This document shows positions 1 to 13,077 of a stretch of 64,000 nucleotides of DNA, piece after piece. The position numbers were made by a program, and so were the translations under genes. Numbering within the stretch: the stretch's first letter is position 1; each line of letters opens with the position of its first letter. The stretch comes from Cycas panzhihuaensis (taxonomy: Eukaryota; Plantae; Cycadophyta), in NCBI GenBank assembly GCA_023213395.1, contig CM041465.1:181109741-181173740 (forward strand). Direction: 5' to 3'. The notes under the pieces were generated by a model. The model ran no database searches. It had not been told where the DNA came from and worked only from the letters and a program-made list of their open reading frames with translations.

Positions 1-299
1 AGAACCAAAAAATTTGTGGACTATTGGCTGCAAAAATCATACGAGGTAAACCCTCCATCTCTCAGATGCAACCTACTTTCTATATGTATTGTTGAGGACA
101 TAAATAAAGAATCTATTCTTTCAAGTATTTTGGTGATCATTATAGTAATAAGATACAATATAAATTAGGAAATGAATGTATGAATGATGAATTTGTCGTT
201 AGTGTAAAAATGGCTCAAATAAAACCCTTAGCCTTAGACCCCTAACCCTAAGCCTAACCCCCTACCCAAAACCCAATCCCTTACACTTTCCCAACCTTG

Positions 300-1997
300 A
301 CCTTCACTCTACCTCAAGTGTGGGTTCTGAGGTAGATAACCCTCCCCTATCCTCGACCCATCCCAAGGAAGGAAATAGTAACCCTTCCTCACCCTCTCTT
401 CAAGTATACCCACCCAGTAATAGATCCTCTTCCTTGGGAAATGATACACCCATGTGTAACAAGTCACTGACAAAGAAGGAGAGATCTGCAAAAAGTAGCT
501 CTCGAGACTTTGGTCTAGGAGACCGAGTAATTATCCCAAAAAATAGAAAATTTGGCCCATATATAAGAAATTGCATAGTCCATTTTTTAGGGAACAATTA
601 TATGGAACTATTCACTTGATCCAATGCATGGAATATTGGATTGAGAAAAGAATAGTAAATAGTTCACAATGGGATCTAGATTTCATATTAAATTTGAAAG
701 GGCTTGCATGGTATTGGTATCTAGCCCACCAAGCTTCCCTTCAAAAATGGGCAGATCTCCTAATAGCCTTTCGACTATGATTTGACCCCCTCAAGAAATT
801 AAGTGCCCCATCATTTCTAGTGGGAGACTGCCCTAGGAAACATATTCAAAGACTCAAGAAATTAAGTGCATTGCCCTAGGAAACATATTCAAAGACTCAA
901 GAAATTAAGTGTCCCATCATTTTTAGTGGGAGACTACCCTAGGAAACATATTCAAAGATGTAAAAACTATTGGGTATCACAAAGTTTTCCTAGAACTAAT
1001 TGGAGTCACTTATTTCTCCTACTTTAGTAACAATAGGGAAAAAATGGATGTTGGGGAAGGAGAAAACCCTAGAAGCATCCTGGCATAATCTCAAGGATTG
1101 TTTTATTAAGACATTCTTGTATTCATCCTATGACAAAACCATTGATGAATTGTTAAAATAGATTAGGAGATTAAGCATGGAGGTAGAGCAACCTAAAACT
1201 ATGTCATTAGCATGAACTACGAAAAGTAGGGAAACAGAAGAGGAGGAGGAGAATCATAACTTTCCTCCAAAATACACCAAGTTGGAATACAGTGAGTGGG
1301 ATATTGAGAATACCCCAACTCACCAAATCATTGACAAGAACAATGTAGAAGTGGAAAAAGTAAAAACAACTGAAATCAATTTGGGAACACAAAAGAATCC
1401 TCGAAATATGCTCATTGGAGACTATTGGGATAATAGAACAGTGGCACAGGCACAAGCCTTATTTGAGGAGTACAGAAACATGTTCACATGGTCTTACAAA
1501 GACCTGAAAGGCATCCCTCTAGAGATTGGGATGCATCACATTGATTTAATATACAAAGCAAAACCTGCGAAGCAAAGACCTTATCACATAAATCTTAAGT
1601 ACAAAGAGAATGTCAATGCAAAATTAGACAAAATGTTTGAAGTTGGTTACATATACAAAATCGACTACAGTGATTGGGTAAGTCCCATACTAGTTGTACG
1701 TAGGAAAAATAGGAAGATTCAAGTATATGTGGATTATAGCCAACTAAACAACGTAACAAAGAAGGATTTGTTCCCAATTCCCTTTGCAGCGAATGTATTG
1801 GAAATGGTTGGGGGTAATGATTCTTTTACAAATGGCTTTAGTGGATATAATGAAGTTCAGATCACCCTTAAGGATCAAGCCAAAACAACTTTTGTGAAAA
1901 AATGGGAAACTTATGTATATTGGGTAATGCCCTTCAACCTAACCAATGCACTTGCCACATTTCAGCACATTGTGATCAATATCTTTCAGAAGATGAT
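300..1997 (+). mobile_element. Gypsy element A, 5' part (gag remnant, N-half of RT); left boundary approximate
   Basis: ORF 1282-: FTWSYKDLKGIP...WVSPILVV...YVDYSQLN...[16 protein letters not shown] stops at IFQKMI where element B is inserted. Confidence 0.85.
790..958 (+). repeat. Local tandem triplication (~63-bp unit, middle copy internally deleted)
   Basis: ctcaagaaattaagtg...ccctaggaaacatattcaaaga starts at 790, 853 and 896. Confidence 0.9.
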
Positions 1998-2102
1998 TGT
2001 ATGGAAGTTAGCCATAACTATGGCTTGATCATGGAATAATAGGAATTGGCCTCAATTATAATTATTAGAAGTCGGTTTTATTATTATTAGGGACTACGTA
2101 TC

Positions 2103-2141
<39 letters not shown>

Positions 2142-2355
2142 GAAGTTAGTTTTATTATTATTAGGAAGTCAGTTTTTTAAAAGGTGATCAATTTTGACAC
2201 CTATAAATAGAGAATTATCATTCATTTGCAAATCATCTTTGTGAGTTAATCCATTTGGGATCTTTTCACCATTTAGCTCTTAAGAACTTCTATTCAACTT
2301 TCATTTCAATTTTCTTTTTTCTTTATGGAAGTAGATCCAATTTAGAATCACTTCA
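1998..2355 (+). repeat. B 5' LTR (about 120 bp deleted just after tgta)
   Basis: Colinear with 29668-30019; followed by the PBS. Confidence 0.85.
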
Positions 2356-2775
2356 AGTGGTATTAAAGCTTCATTTTAGGTGTATCAAGGATCTGCATTT
2401 CCGGGAGTATAAATAGGAGAATTTCAAAAAAATAATTGCAAATTTGAGCTGAGCAACCCTGTTTTGTAAATTTTGAGGGGTTATATTGCAAATTTTGGAG
2501 CGAACTTGCGAAAATTGTAAGGAATTTAGTTTCAGCTTGCTGTTCATCGCTGTCTTTAGGACCTAAAATCTACTATTGCAACTTCATATGGCTATAACTT
2601 TGGGTACAAGTGTTTGATTGTCCTAAAATTTGTTTGAATCTATACGTTCAATGTCTAGTTTTAGTTGGAAGTGGTTTTAGTTCCATTTTGTAATAGGTAC
2701 TATTGTAGTCCCAAAAAACCCTAATCGTGTGCCACCTTAAAAGGGCCATAATATTTGCTACTGAAGCGTTGGAAT

Positions 2776-2960
2776 TGTTGAACTCGCAACTTCTTCTTCA
2801 TATTGATAGAAAATAAAATGATACAAAATGATTTCACATACTTGATACAATGATAAAGAGATAATGTCTTTATATGGTGCAAGATGTCATTTGGGAGGGA
2901 TTGACCATTATTGCATTTAAGAGGGGCCAACTACTTAGATAAATGTACATTATTCCAACA
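2776..2960 (-). repeat. C 3' LTR
   Basis: tgttg...ccaaca; about 17 differences from 27634-27818. Confidence 0.93.
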
Positions 2961-5044
2961 CCCTCCCATAATGCACATTTCAATACATCAATATTTCAAA
3001 GGAAACAAAAAAAACTTTAACAAATATCCCTCCCTTAATATTTTATCCTTTGTTTTGGACTCCTAGCAAACTTCGGAGATGCTAAAACTCATCTTTTGGT
3101 AATGGCTTGCCGAAGATATCAACCTGTTGAAGTTCACTACTACTATATTGAAGATTGATTTCTTTAACTTGAACTTTCTCCCAGATGAAATGATGATGGA
3201 TTTCGATGTGCTTTGTTCTTGCGTGAAAGATGGGGGTTTTTGTCAACTTGATAACACTTTGGTTGTCACAAAATATTGTAGTTGATTCAAAGGTTCCTTG
3301 TCTTAAATCCTTGAGTAGTTGCTTCAGCCATATTGTTTCACAGGTAGCACTAATTGCTGCTTCGTATTCTACTTATGTTGATGATAGGGCAACAGTTGGT
3401 TATTTTTTTACTACTCCATGATATTATTGCTAATCCCAAAGTGAAACAATATCTAGATGTAGATTGTCCTTCTTGTCGATCTCTAGCCCAATCTGAGTCC
3501 CTATATCCTTTCAATCTGAAATCAGTAGCTTTGGTATAATTTAATCCCATATCTAAAGTACCTTTGACATATCTTAAGATTCTTTTAACTGCATTCTAAT
3601 AGACAACCTTTGGAGCATGCACATATCTGGAAACTATTCCAACAGAGTATGATATATATGGCCTGGTTGTTGTTAAATAGATGAGACTTCTAACAAGTTG
3701 CTTGTATAGAGTTTCATTTATCTTTGAACTATTTTCTTCTACTGTTAGAACACATCTTGCTTCCATTAGTGTGGCACAAGCATTACAATCTTCCATATTG
3801 AATCTCTTTAGTAGATTCTTGGCATATTTTGTTTGAGATATAAAAATAGAATTATTTTCCTAACTTACCTCAATGCCAAGATAATAATGTAAGAGGCCCA
3901 TATCTATCATTTCAAACTCATTTCCCATTTGAGCTTTTACCGAATCAATTTATTCTTGATCAATTGATTCTTGATCACTACCAATAACAATCATATCATC
4001 TACATATACAACAATAATGGTGATTAAACCATTTTCTCAAATTTTTGTATACAGCCTTGGGTCTGATTCGCACCTATTGAAACCATTTAGTCTGAGATGA
4101 TGATCTCATTTTGCATACCACGCTCAAGGTGATTGCTTTAGTCCATATGTTGCCTTTCTTAATTCGCATACTAGATGTTCTTCACCTTTCTTTGTATACC
4201 TAGGAGGTTGTCCTATATATGCTTCTTCATCCAAGTCTCCATTTAAGAAGGCACTTTTCACGTCTAATTGTATAATCTTCCATCCAAAATGAGCTACCAT
4301 TATAATAACAGTTTTGACTGTTCTTAATTTTGCCACTGGAGAGAACGTTTCCTGATATTCGATTCCGACGGCCTAAGTATAGCCTTTGGCTACTAACCTT
4401 GACTTAAATTTTTCAACACTTCCATCCAACCTTTTCTTGATTTTATAAACCCATTTACAACCTACAACTGATTTGTCCCTTAATGGAGGAACCAGTTTCC
4501 ATGTATTATTTTTATTTACTACCTTCATTTCTGCATCCATTACTTTTTGCCATTCAGGATTGTTAGAAACTTCATTATAATTTTCTGGCTTTATGGTGCA
4601 GACCATGGCTTGATGCATTTGAGATCTTATTTTTGGTTTAAAAATATCTCCTTTTGATTCTTCTACAGTCTTCAGGTACCACTTTGGGAGCTTCTTTTGA
4701 ACAATCTCTCTCAAGGATCTTTCACTATCTTCTTCAGAGGTAGATTCTGTTGAAGTGTTATCTTCTTTTGGAGTGTCTCCTTCTTGGTCACTTTTGTCAA
4801 ATATCTCTTCTTCTTGGACTATAGATTCTTTTATTGGTTCCTCAAAAAGAATTTGATTTTGAGAGATACGTGGTTGATCATTTTTTGTTGGCGTTTCTTC
4901 AAACGTAACATCTCTGCTAATAGACTTTATTATTTTTTGGATCTATACACTTGTTGGCCTTGGACTTTTCACTCTACCCCATTAAAATACATTTAATGCT
5001 TCTGTTATCTAGCTTGAATCTCTTTTGAGTAGGAATATGAACAT

Positions 5045-5590
5045 TGTTAAACCTTATGTTTATCTTATGTTTACATGTTAAGCTTTATGTACTTTATGTT
5101 AATGTATTATGTGTGCATTTTAATGTATTATGTGCACTTTTGTACTTTAGGGGTGACTTTATCACTTAAGTGATAAAGTACACACCCACTTTATGTCTAG
5201 TGACATAACGTTGTCACTTATGTCACTTGAGGGTCAAATGACCCCCTTGCACTTTTCCTCACATGAGCTTCCAATGGACACTTGTCCTACATGCAAGCAT
5301 GCATTGCATGATTGACACTTGTCAATCATGCAATAGCCTTTGGCCTCTCATCTCCCTCCATTTAATGAGGCCTCTCTTCATTGTTGCTCATTAAGAGTTG
5401 GAGCTTCTTGTTATTCTGTCAGTTTGCTAATCAAGCTGAGCATTCTTTGGTTGTTGGACCAATTCCAACACCACACTTATGGTATCATTGTCTTGCTCCT
5501 CTTTCTCTTTGTGTTTATGCTTAATGCATTTAATGCTTTTGTGTTTTGTTATGATCTTGGACCTATGAGGCCATTTGGCCCATTCTAACA
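5045..5590 (+). repeat. D 5' LTR
   Basis: tgtta...taaca; near-identical to 11570-12115. Confidence 0.96.
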
Positions 5591-7384
5591 ATTGGTATCA
5601 AAGCTTGGTTTACTTGAGCTTGGTTTGGTGGTGTTGTCCTCACCTGTCTTCAGTTGTGTACCTGTCTATACCTGTGTGTATGTTGTATCTGCACATACTT
5701 GGAGCCAGCACTCTGAAGTCTGTCCTCTCACTATCCTCTGTCCTTTTCCCAGCACGGGAGTCCACTCCTGCAAACGCCTCTGTCTTTTCTCTGCGCACAC
5801 GGAGCCGCACAGACTTAAAGCTAGCGAGGGAAGCCAGCGCACGAGAGAAGCTTTGGAATCCCAGTCACGGGAGATGCACGTCCTTGAGAAAACCTACACG
5901 GAAAACTGCCGAGCCGCAGTAGTCTCGCCTCGCACACACCTGAGCAATCACGGGTCACACGGACTGGTTAAGTCCTGCACGGACGAACAGAAGCACGGAA
6001 GGTTCGATTCAAAGCCGGACAGCCGCCGCCCTCACGGAAGTAATATAAATCGAAAATCGAAAATCAAATTCGATTTTAGATTAAAGACTTTGGCCCATAT
6101 GCATTCTAGCATATTCTTATGAATATGCTCTTTTTGATATAAGTTCATTTTCTTAAAGTTTTCTTTTTAAAAGAAATTTTTTTTTAAGAGGATTTTTTAA
6201 TCATTGAGGTCCATTACCTTAAGAAAGTTTTTAAGCTTTTCAGTTTTACTTGAAAAATGTCTTAAAGAGATGTTTAGATGTTGAAAGCTTAAATGCTTTA
6301 AGAAGCTATTTTTAGTGAGATTTATTCTCCTTTCTATAAAGTCTTTTTAAGTGGCCCATAAAAGTACTTTTTAGTACTTTAAGAGGATTAAAATTTTCTT
6401 GCTGGTTAGAGGACTCATTAAATGACTTATGCTAAGTCATTCTCCTCTCTTTAAAGATTAAAGTTACATGAATTAAGTGCTTGTAAAGACTCCCTGCGCG
6501 GTGTTCTATTGATGCAAAGTTGCAAAAAAGGTTGATTTCAGCCTTCATTTTTTGCTTTTTGTTAAGCTCTTTTAGCACTCATTTTAATGCTATTAAAGCA
6601 TTAAGAGCTTAATTGAAGTGGTTAATAAGCATGTTCATATTGTAAAGGTGACATTCATCACCATTTGAGCTGATTTTTTGGCACCTTGCATGGTGTCCCA
6701 TAGCCTTCAAAATCTCAAAAAGGAGGCTAAAATACTGGTACTTAATAAAATTACTCTTTCTGTTGGATTGTTGGGACTATTTTAAAGTCTCAACAACTTG
6801 GTACTTGGCGTTCGCTTGGTGTTTGGAGTACATTTCGTACACTTTGGCAAGTGGTTCTCTCTCTACATCAGCTTTGGAGCATTAAAACGAACCCACTTCT
6901 GCAATCGTCATCAAGTTTTTGCTTCATTTTCACTAAGTACTAAACTCTCAAAAGTACTTACATTTTGTACTCAAGCACTTCAACATCTTACTTGGATTTC
7001 AAAAGCACTTAAAACACTTAATCAAAGTGCTCATTATTCTCATGTACTTGCTTCTTAAGAAGCCTATCATTGTAAACTAAATCAAAGCATCCACACTAAA
7101 GTACATTATCCAAGTAAATGTACCTTAAAAATTCACTTTAAAACTTTCTAAAAGTGAATTTAAAATCTGGTTGGAGAGGCTCGAAAAAGGTTTAAACCTT
7201 GCCTCTGCTACACTTAACTTGGACCAACTCAATAGCCGAAGTCCTCCACCCCTCATCACTCCACCCAGTCGTTGGATCTTCTTGTAAAATCAGGACTGGT
7301 GGTGTTGTTAGAAGGTGGAACTTAAGTGACAAAGCTTTGAAGTTACCAAGTTATTTGCTAGCCTTTTAAGCATACAAGTGAAAC

Positions 7385-10300
7385 ATGGCTGCTATTAACA
7401 TGCTCAATCCATGCACAATAAGATTAACAGGACAAGGAAATTATCAAGAATGGAAAAGAATCACACAAAATCTCTTGATAATGAATGAATTATGGGGATA
7501 TGTTTTTGGAAGAATCCCTAATCCTACACTTGTTAACGATGATGAGGATGATGTTGATTATGAACGTGTTGCTGCTTGGGAAGCCAAAGACGAGATTGCT
7601 TTAGCATTTCTTCATATGATTGTGGATGTGCATGTAGATCAAAATATCTCTTCTGCTAAAACTTCTAAAGAAGCTTGAGACACTTTGTCCTCATTGTACG
7701 AAAGGCGAGATGAAGCTCGCATTCTGATGGTGAAAGCCAAACTGTATTCTGTTAAGTTTGTCAAGCCAATGTTGGCTTTTCTTTCCTCCATTAAGGAGGT
7801 ATGTAATGAACTGAATACTTTAGGTAGTACTGCAACAAGGGATGAGCTCATCACTTCCATCACCAAAGCATTGCCAAAGGACTATAACGGCTTCATTTCA
7901 TCTACCACTCGAGATGGTTCACTTAAGAAGATGACATTTAATGAACTTGAAAGCTTATTGCTTCAAGAAGAGCAGGTTTATGCTAAGGGCAATGAAGAAC
8001 CATCTACACCAGGTGCTTTCACGACCAAGTCAAAGGCCAATCAGATCTCCAAACCTGCATTCACAAAGCAGTTTGGAAACATGAACATTGGCTCCTCAAA
8101 GTCCAATGTTGTATGTCATTATTGTGGTAAACCTGGCCACATTGCACCTGATTGCGAGAAGAAGCAAGCGGATCTCGTCGACAACAAAGAAGAAGAATAG
8201 CCTCAAGGACAAAGACAACAACAGCCAAGGCAACAATATCAACAGAGATTTCAGCAGCCAGAACAGCAGCAAAATCCCCCTCGACCAAATCGAGATGCCT
8301 ATCGAGGAGGTCAAAGAGGAAGGGGGGGTCAAAGAGGTGGCTACCAACACCACTTTAATCAATTTGCCGATAAAGACAAACTATTTTGTGCATATCACTC
8401 ATCCAAGGTTGATCACACTTGGATTGTTGATTCAGGAGCTTCACAACATATGACAAGGAGTGGAGAACTCCTTTGCAATATTGAGGAAGGTAAAGGTCAA
8501 TCAGTGACCTTTGGAAATAACGAATCTGTCGAGATTTCAGGGATAGCTCCTTTCCACTCTTCAGAAAATCCTTCCTCCACATTTCCCAATAGTGATGCAT
8601 ATTTCATTCCTTCCATGGAGAAGAGTTTGCTATCTGTTAGCAAGTTGGACAAGCAACAGATGAGCGTTTTATTCAAGAATGGGAAATGTATCATTAGTGA
8701 CAAAGATGACCAGATTGTAGCTGTTGCATATGAGGATCAAAGTCTTTACAAATTGGATGCCAATAACATTACACTTGATTATGCTTATTCTGGTTCCATG
8801 GTCACTATATCTTTGTCAAAAATGCAATTATGGCATCAACGTCTACGTCACTTAAGCCTAGATAATCTTAAGCAGATGATGAACAAGAACATGGTATATG
8901 GGCTTCCGAAGATATATGGTTCAAAATGTCTTTGCGAGGCTTGCATAATGGGGACTCAGCATCGTTTGCCTTTTCCTAAAGGCAAAGCTTGGCGTGCATC
9001 TTATCCCTTGCAGTTGATTCACTCAGACTTATGTGGACCCATGTCCACTCAATCATTTGGAGGAGCATTGTACTACATCTGCTTCATTGATGACTTTTCT
9101 CATAAAGTCTGGGTCTACTTCATAAAGCAAAAATCAGAACCATCCTCTAAGTTCAAAGAATTCAAAGCTGAAGCAAAAAACGAATCTGGCTATTCAATTG
9201 GAACATTAAGGACAGATAATGGAGGTGAATTCACTTCAAATGAATTCAACCAATACTGCAAGGATAATGGGATTCGAAGACAACTTACAATTCCTCATAC
9301 TCCTCAACAAAATAGAGTCTCCGAAAGGATGAATAGAACTTTGGCCAATAAAGCCAAAACTATGATGCATGCGAAAGGACTTCCTCGAGCTTACTGGGCC
9401 GAAGCATTTCATATAGCTGCCTATGTGGCCAATCAGAGTCCTACTACAACAGTCACCAACATTACACCTGAGGAGGCATGGACTAGTAAGAAACCGACTA
9501 TCAGCCATTTGAAAACATTTGGGTGCACTGCATATATGCACATACCTGATCAACAAAGAACGAAGTTAGATAAGCATAGTCTCAAATGCATCTTTGTAGG
9601 ATATGCCATTCATAGCAAGGCCTACAAGTTGTATGATCCAGTTGGAAGAAACATGCATCTCTCAAGAGATGTAATCTTTGTTGAAGATGATCAGAAAGAG
9701 TTGGATGTGGCATCTATCCAACCCCCCATTGATAAAGGCAAAAAGATTGTTGAGGACTTCCCTCCCTCTCAATCTTCTACACCATGTACTTCATCTGCAC
9801 CTGCTGGACCATCCACTTCATCATCTTCTGCTCCACTTGAACCTCCCACATCATCTTCTGTTGATCAAACACTTAGACCAGAAGACATTAAGGTTCATGC
9901 TACTTCATTTCAAAAGTTACCTAAATGGTATACTCAAACGGTGCAGGACGTTCACATTATTGAAGGGAAACGTCCATCGAAATATAGGCAGCAAACAAAT
10001 TTTGCACTTATGGCTGAAGTGCTTTCTGTTGATGAGCCTTCCACCTTTGAGGAGGCTTCAAAAAATGACAATTGGAAAGCTGCCATGGATGAGGAGATCC
10101 ATTCTATTCACAAGAATGGCACATGGGATTTGGTCGAATTGCCTCCACATAAACAGGCAATCAGTTGTAAATGGGTCTATAAGACCAAATTTCATTCTGA
10201 TGGAACACTTAAGCGTCAGAAGGCACGCTTTGTGGCAAAGGGATTCAAACAAAAAGAAGGCATTGATTATGAAGAAACCTTTGCAGCAGTGGCAAATATG

Positions 10301-11560
10301 AACACCATCAGACTCCTTTTGGCCTTAGCAGCACAATGCAAATGGCCAGTTTATCAGACGGATGTGAAGAGCGCCTTTCTTAATGGCGATCTTCAAGAGG
10401 AGGTATACTTGGAGCAACCTCCTGGTTACAAAGAACAAGGCAAGGAGCATCTAGTGTGTCGCCTCAAAAAGGCTTTGTATGGCTTGAAACAAGCTCCTAG
10501 GGCATGGTATGCAAAAATCGATGACTACTTCTTGAGACATGGGTTTCATCGATCTACCTCAGATCCTAATTTGTACATCAAACATGAACAAAACCATGTC
10601 ACTTATATTGCCTTGTATGTAGATGACTTAGTGATCACTGGTGATGACACTAAGCTCATAAAGATTCTCCGGGATGATTTGAAGAGAAGTTTCGAGATGA
10701 CTGATCTTGGACTTCTCCATTATTTTTTAGGCTTTGAGGTATGGCAGCAGCTAGGCTATATCTTCATCTCCCAAGCAAAATATTCTTGGGACATCTTGCA
10801 GAGGTTCAGGATGCATGACTGCAAGACAGCGCCTACACCCATGGAGAACGGAACCAAGCTTACTCTTAATGAGGAAGCTGAACCAGTAGATCCCACTCTT
10901 TACCGTAGCTGATTGGTAGTCTCATCTATCTCACCAACACTCGTCCGGACATTTCATTTGCAGTTGGGATTTGTTCTCGATTCATGTCTCAACCCAATCA
11001 AGCATTGAAGAAGAAAGAAATGCATACTCAAGTACATCAAAGATACATTCTGACTTGGCCTTGAGTATGCACATAATGAGAACTTCACTTTGGAAGGGTT
11101 CTCTGATTCTGATTGAGCAGGATGCCAGGATAACAGGAGATCAACCTCGGGTTACTATTTTACCCTTAGTTCAGCAGTTGTTTCATGGAGTTGCAAGAAG
11201 CAACCAAATGTTACCTTGTCCTCCACTGAGTAGTACAAAGTGTCGGTAGCAGCTTGCGAGGCTATCTGGCTACGATGGATTCTTGGGGAACTTGGACTTG
11301 AGCAGGATCAACCTACCAACATTCATTGCGACAATCAGAGTGTGCTCAAGCTGACTAAGAATCCCGTCTTTCATGCACGGACCAAGCATATTGAAGTTCA
11401 CCACCATTTCATCAGAGAGCATGTACACAGTGGTGAGATCAATCTTCAATATCGACCAATAGAGCAGTAGACAGCAAACATCTTTACTAAGCCACTTGGT
11501 AGAGAGAAATTTGTAAAATTTAGAGATGGTCTTGTGGTCCGGCTTAACATGGTAAACAAT
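7385..11560 (+). pseudogene. D gag-pol (gag, CCHC, PR, GAG-pre-INT, INT, RT, RNase H) with a few stops and frameshifts
   Basis: [74 protein letters not shown]. 820-aa open stretch at 8450-10912; TGA at 7676. Confidence 0.93.
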
Positions 11561-11569
11561 AAGGGGGGG

Positions 11570-12115
11570 TGTTAAACCTTATGTTTATCTTATGTTTACA
11601 TGTTAAGCTTTATGTACTTTATGTTAATGTATTATGTGTGCACTTTAATGTATTATGTGCACTTTTGTACTTTAGGGGTGACTTTATCACTTAAGTGATA
11701 AAGTACACACCCACTTTATGTCTAGTAACATAATGTTGTCACTTATGTCACCTAAAGGTCAAATGACCCCCTTGCACTTTTGCTCACATGAGCTTCCAAT
11801 GGACACTTGTCCTACATGCAAGCATGCATTGCATGATTGACACTTGTCAATCATGCAATAGCCTTTGGCCTCTCATCTCCCTTTGTTTAATGAGGCCTCT
11901 CTTCATTGTTGCTCATTAAGAGTTGGAGCTTCTTGTTATTCTGTCAGTTTGCTAATCAAGCTGAGCATTCTTTGGTGGTTGGACCAATTCCAACACCACA
12001 CTTATAGTATCATTGTCTTGCTCCTCTTTCTCTTTGTGTTTATGCTTAATGCATTTAATGCTTTTGTGTTTTGTTATGATCTTGGACCTATGAGGCCATT
12101 TGGCCCATTCTAACA
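11570..12115 (+). repeat. D 3' LTR
   Basis: Follows the PPT; followed by TSD aacat. Confidence 0.96.
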
Positions 12116-13077
12116 AACATAAGTTGGGCTACCAAAGATTCTAAGATGACTTACATCAGGTTTTCTACATGTCCAGCTCTCTTCTAGAGTCAGTTTTTCA
12201 AAAACCTGTGTTGGACTCCTATTTATGAGATAGACAATTGTGTTAACAACTTCGGACCAATATGAGTTGGATACATTTTTCTCTTTCAATATGCATCTAG
12301 TATAATTATAGTTCAATTCATCCCTTCTGTTGCCCCATTTGATTAAGAAGTATAAGGGGTGGTAAGTTGTCTACAAATTCCATGCATTCCGTAGAAATGG
12401 CAAAATTCATTTGAGACATATTCCCCTCCTCCATCTGTTTTGAGGATCTTGATTTTATGCCCCCTTTCTAATTTCACTTAAGCCTTGAATTCTTTAAAAA
12501 TCTCTAATGCTTCTAACTTGCTAAAAATAAAAAACTCCCAAGTTTACTGGTATAATCATCATTAAAGGTGAGAAAATACCTTTTTCCATTGATAGAAGTT
12601 GGTGTGATCAACCCACGTATGTCATTAAGAATTAAATCCAATTTCTCTTGTGATTTCCAAGTGCTTTCCTAAAATGGCAACCTATGATGCTTCCCCAACA
12701 TGCAAATTTCACAAATAGAGGAATTGAAAGAGATATCAGGTACACCATTTACTATATTCAACTTTTTGAGCATTTCTAATCTGGTATTTGCAATGTGACC
12801 ATATTATAAATGCCACAATTCATTATTTGAGCTGAGTAGCTAGAGAATGAACAATAGAGATTTTTTCTAATAAGTCATCTTGAGGAGTTGATCCTATTGT
12901 ATTTCATCCTCTAACATTGATTGAGTTGTGAATAGCCAAAGAGAAGCAGGTTGAATAAGAATAGAGATTAATTCATACAGATTATCCGTCTCTATTCCTT
13001 CAACAATTACAAGGCCATTTTGTTTCATATCATAAATGAAACATTTACCATCTTCATCAAACATAGTACGAAGTGTT

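Larger units (their letters stand above)
5045..12115 (+). mobile_element. Copia element D, full length and young
   Basis: 546-bp LTRs at 5045-5590 and 11570-12115 (about 12 differences); TSD AACAT. PBS tggtatcaaagc at 5593; PPT aaggggggg before 11570. Inserted in C's integrase. Confidence 0.96.

Noticed and set aside
220-295. Telomere-like CCCTAA/AACCCTA tracts
   Set aside because: Short and degenerate; such tracts are common in plant retroelement leaders; not a telomeric array.
790-958. Tandem repeat as a CRISPR-like array
   Set aside because: Head-to-tail copies without unique spacers, in a eukaryotic TE context.
5340-6122. ORFs 5340-5588 (copy at 11865-12113) and 5592-6122
   Set aside because: They lie in the D LTR/leader, have non-ATG starts and show no domain; the duplication simply reflects the LTR pair.
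9678-10301. 207-aa His/Leu-rich ORF
   Set aside because: Off-frame shadow of D pol.
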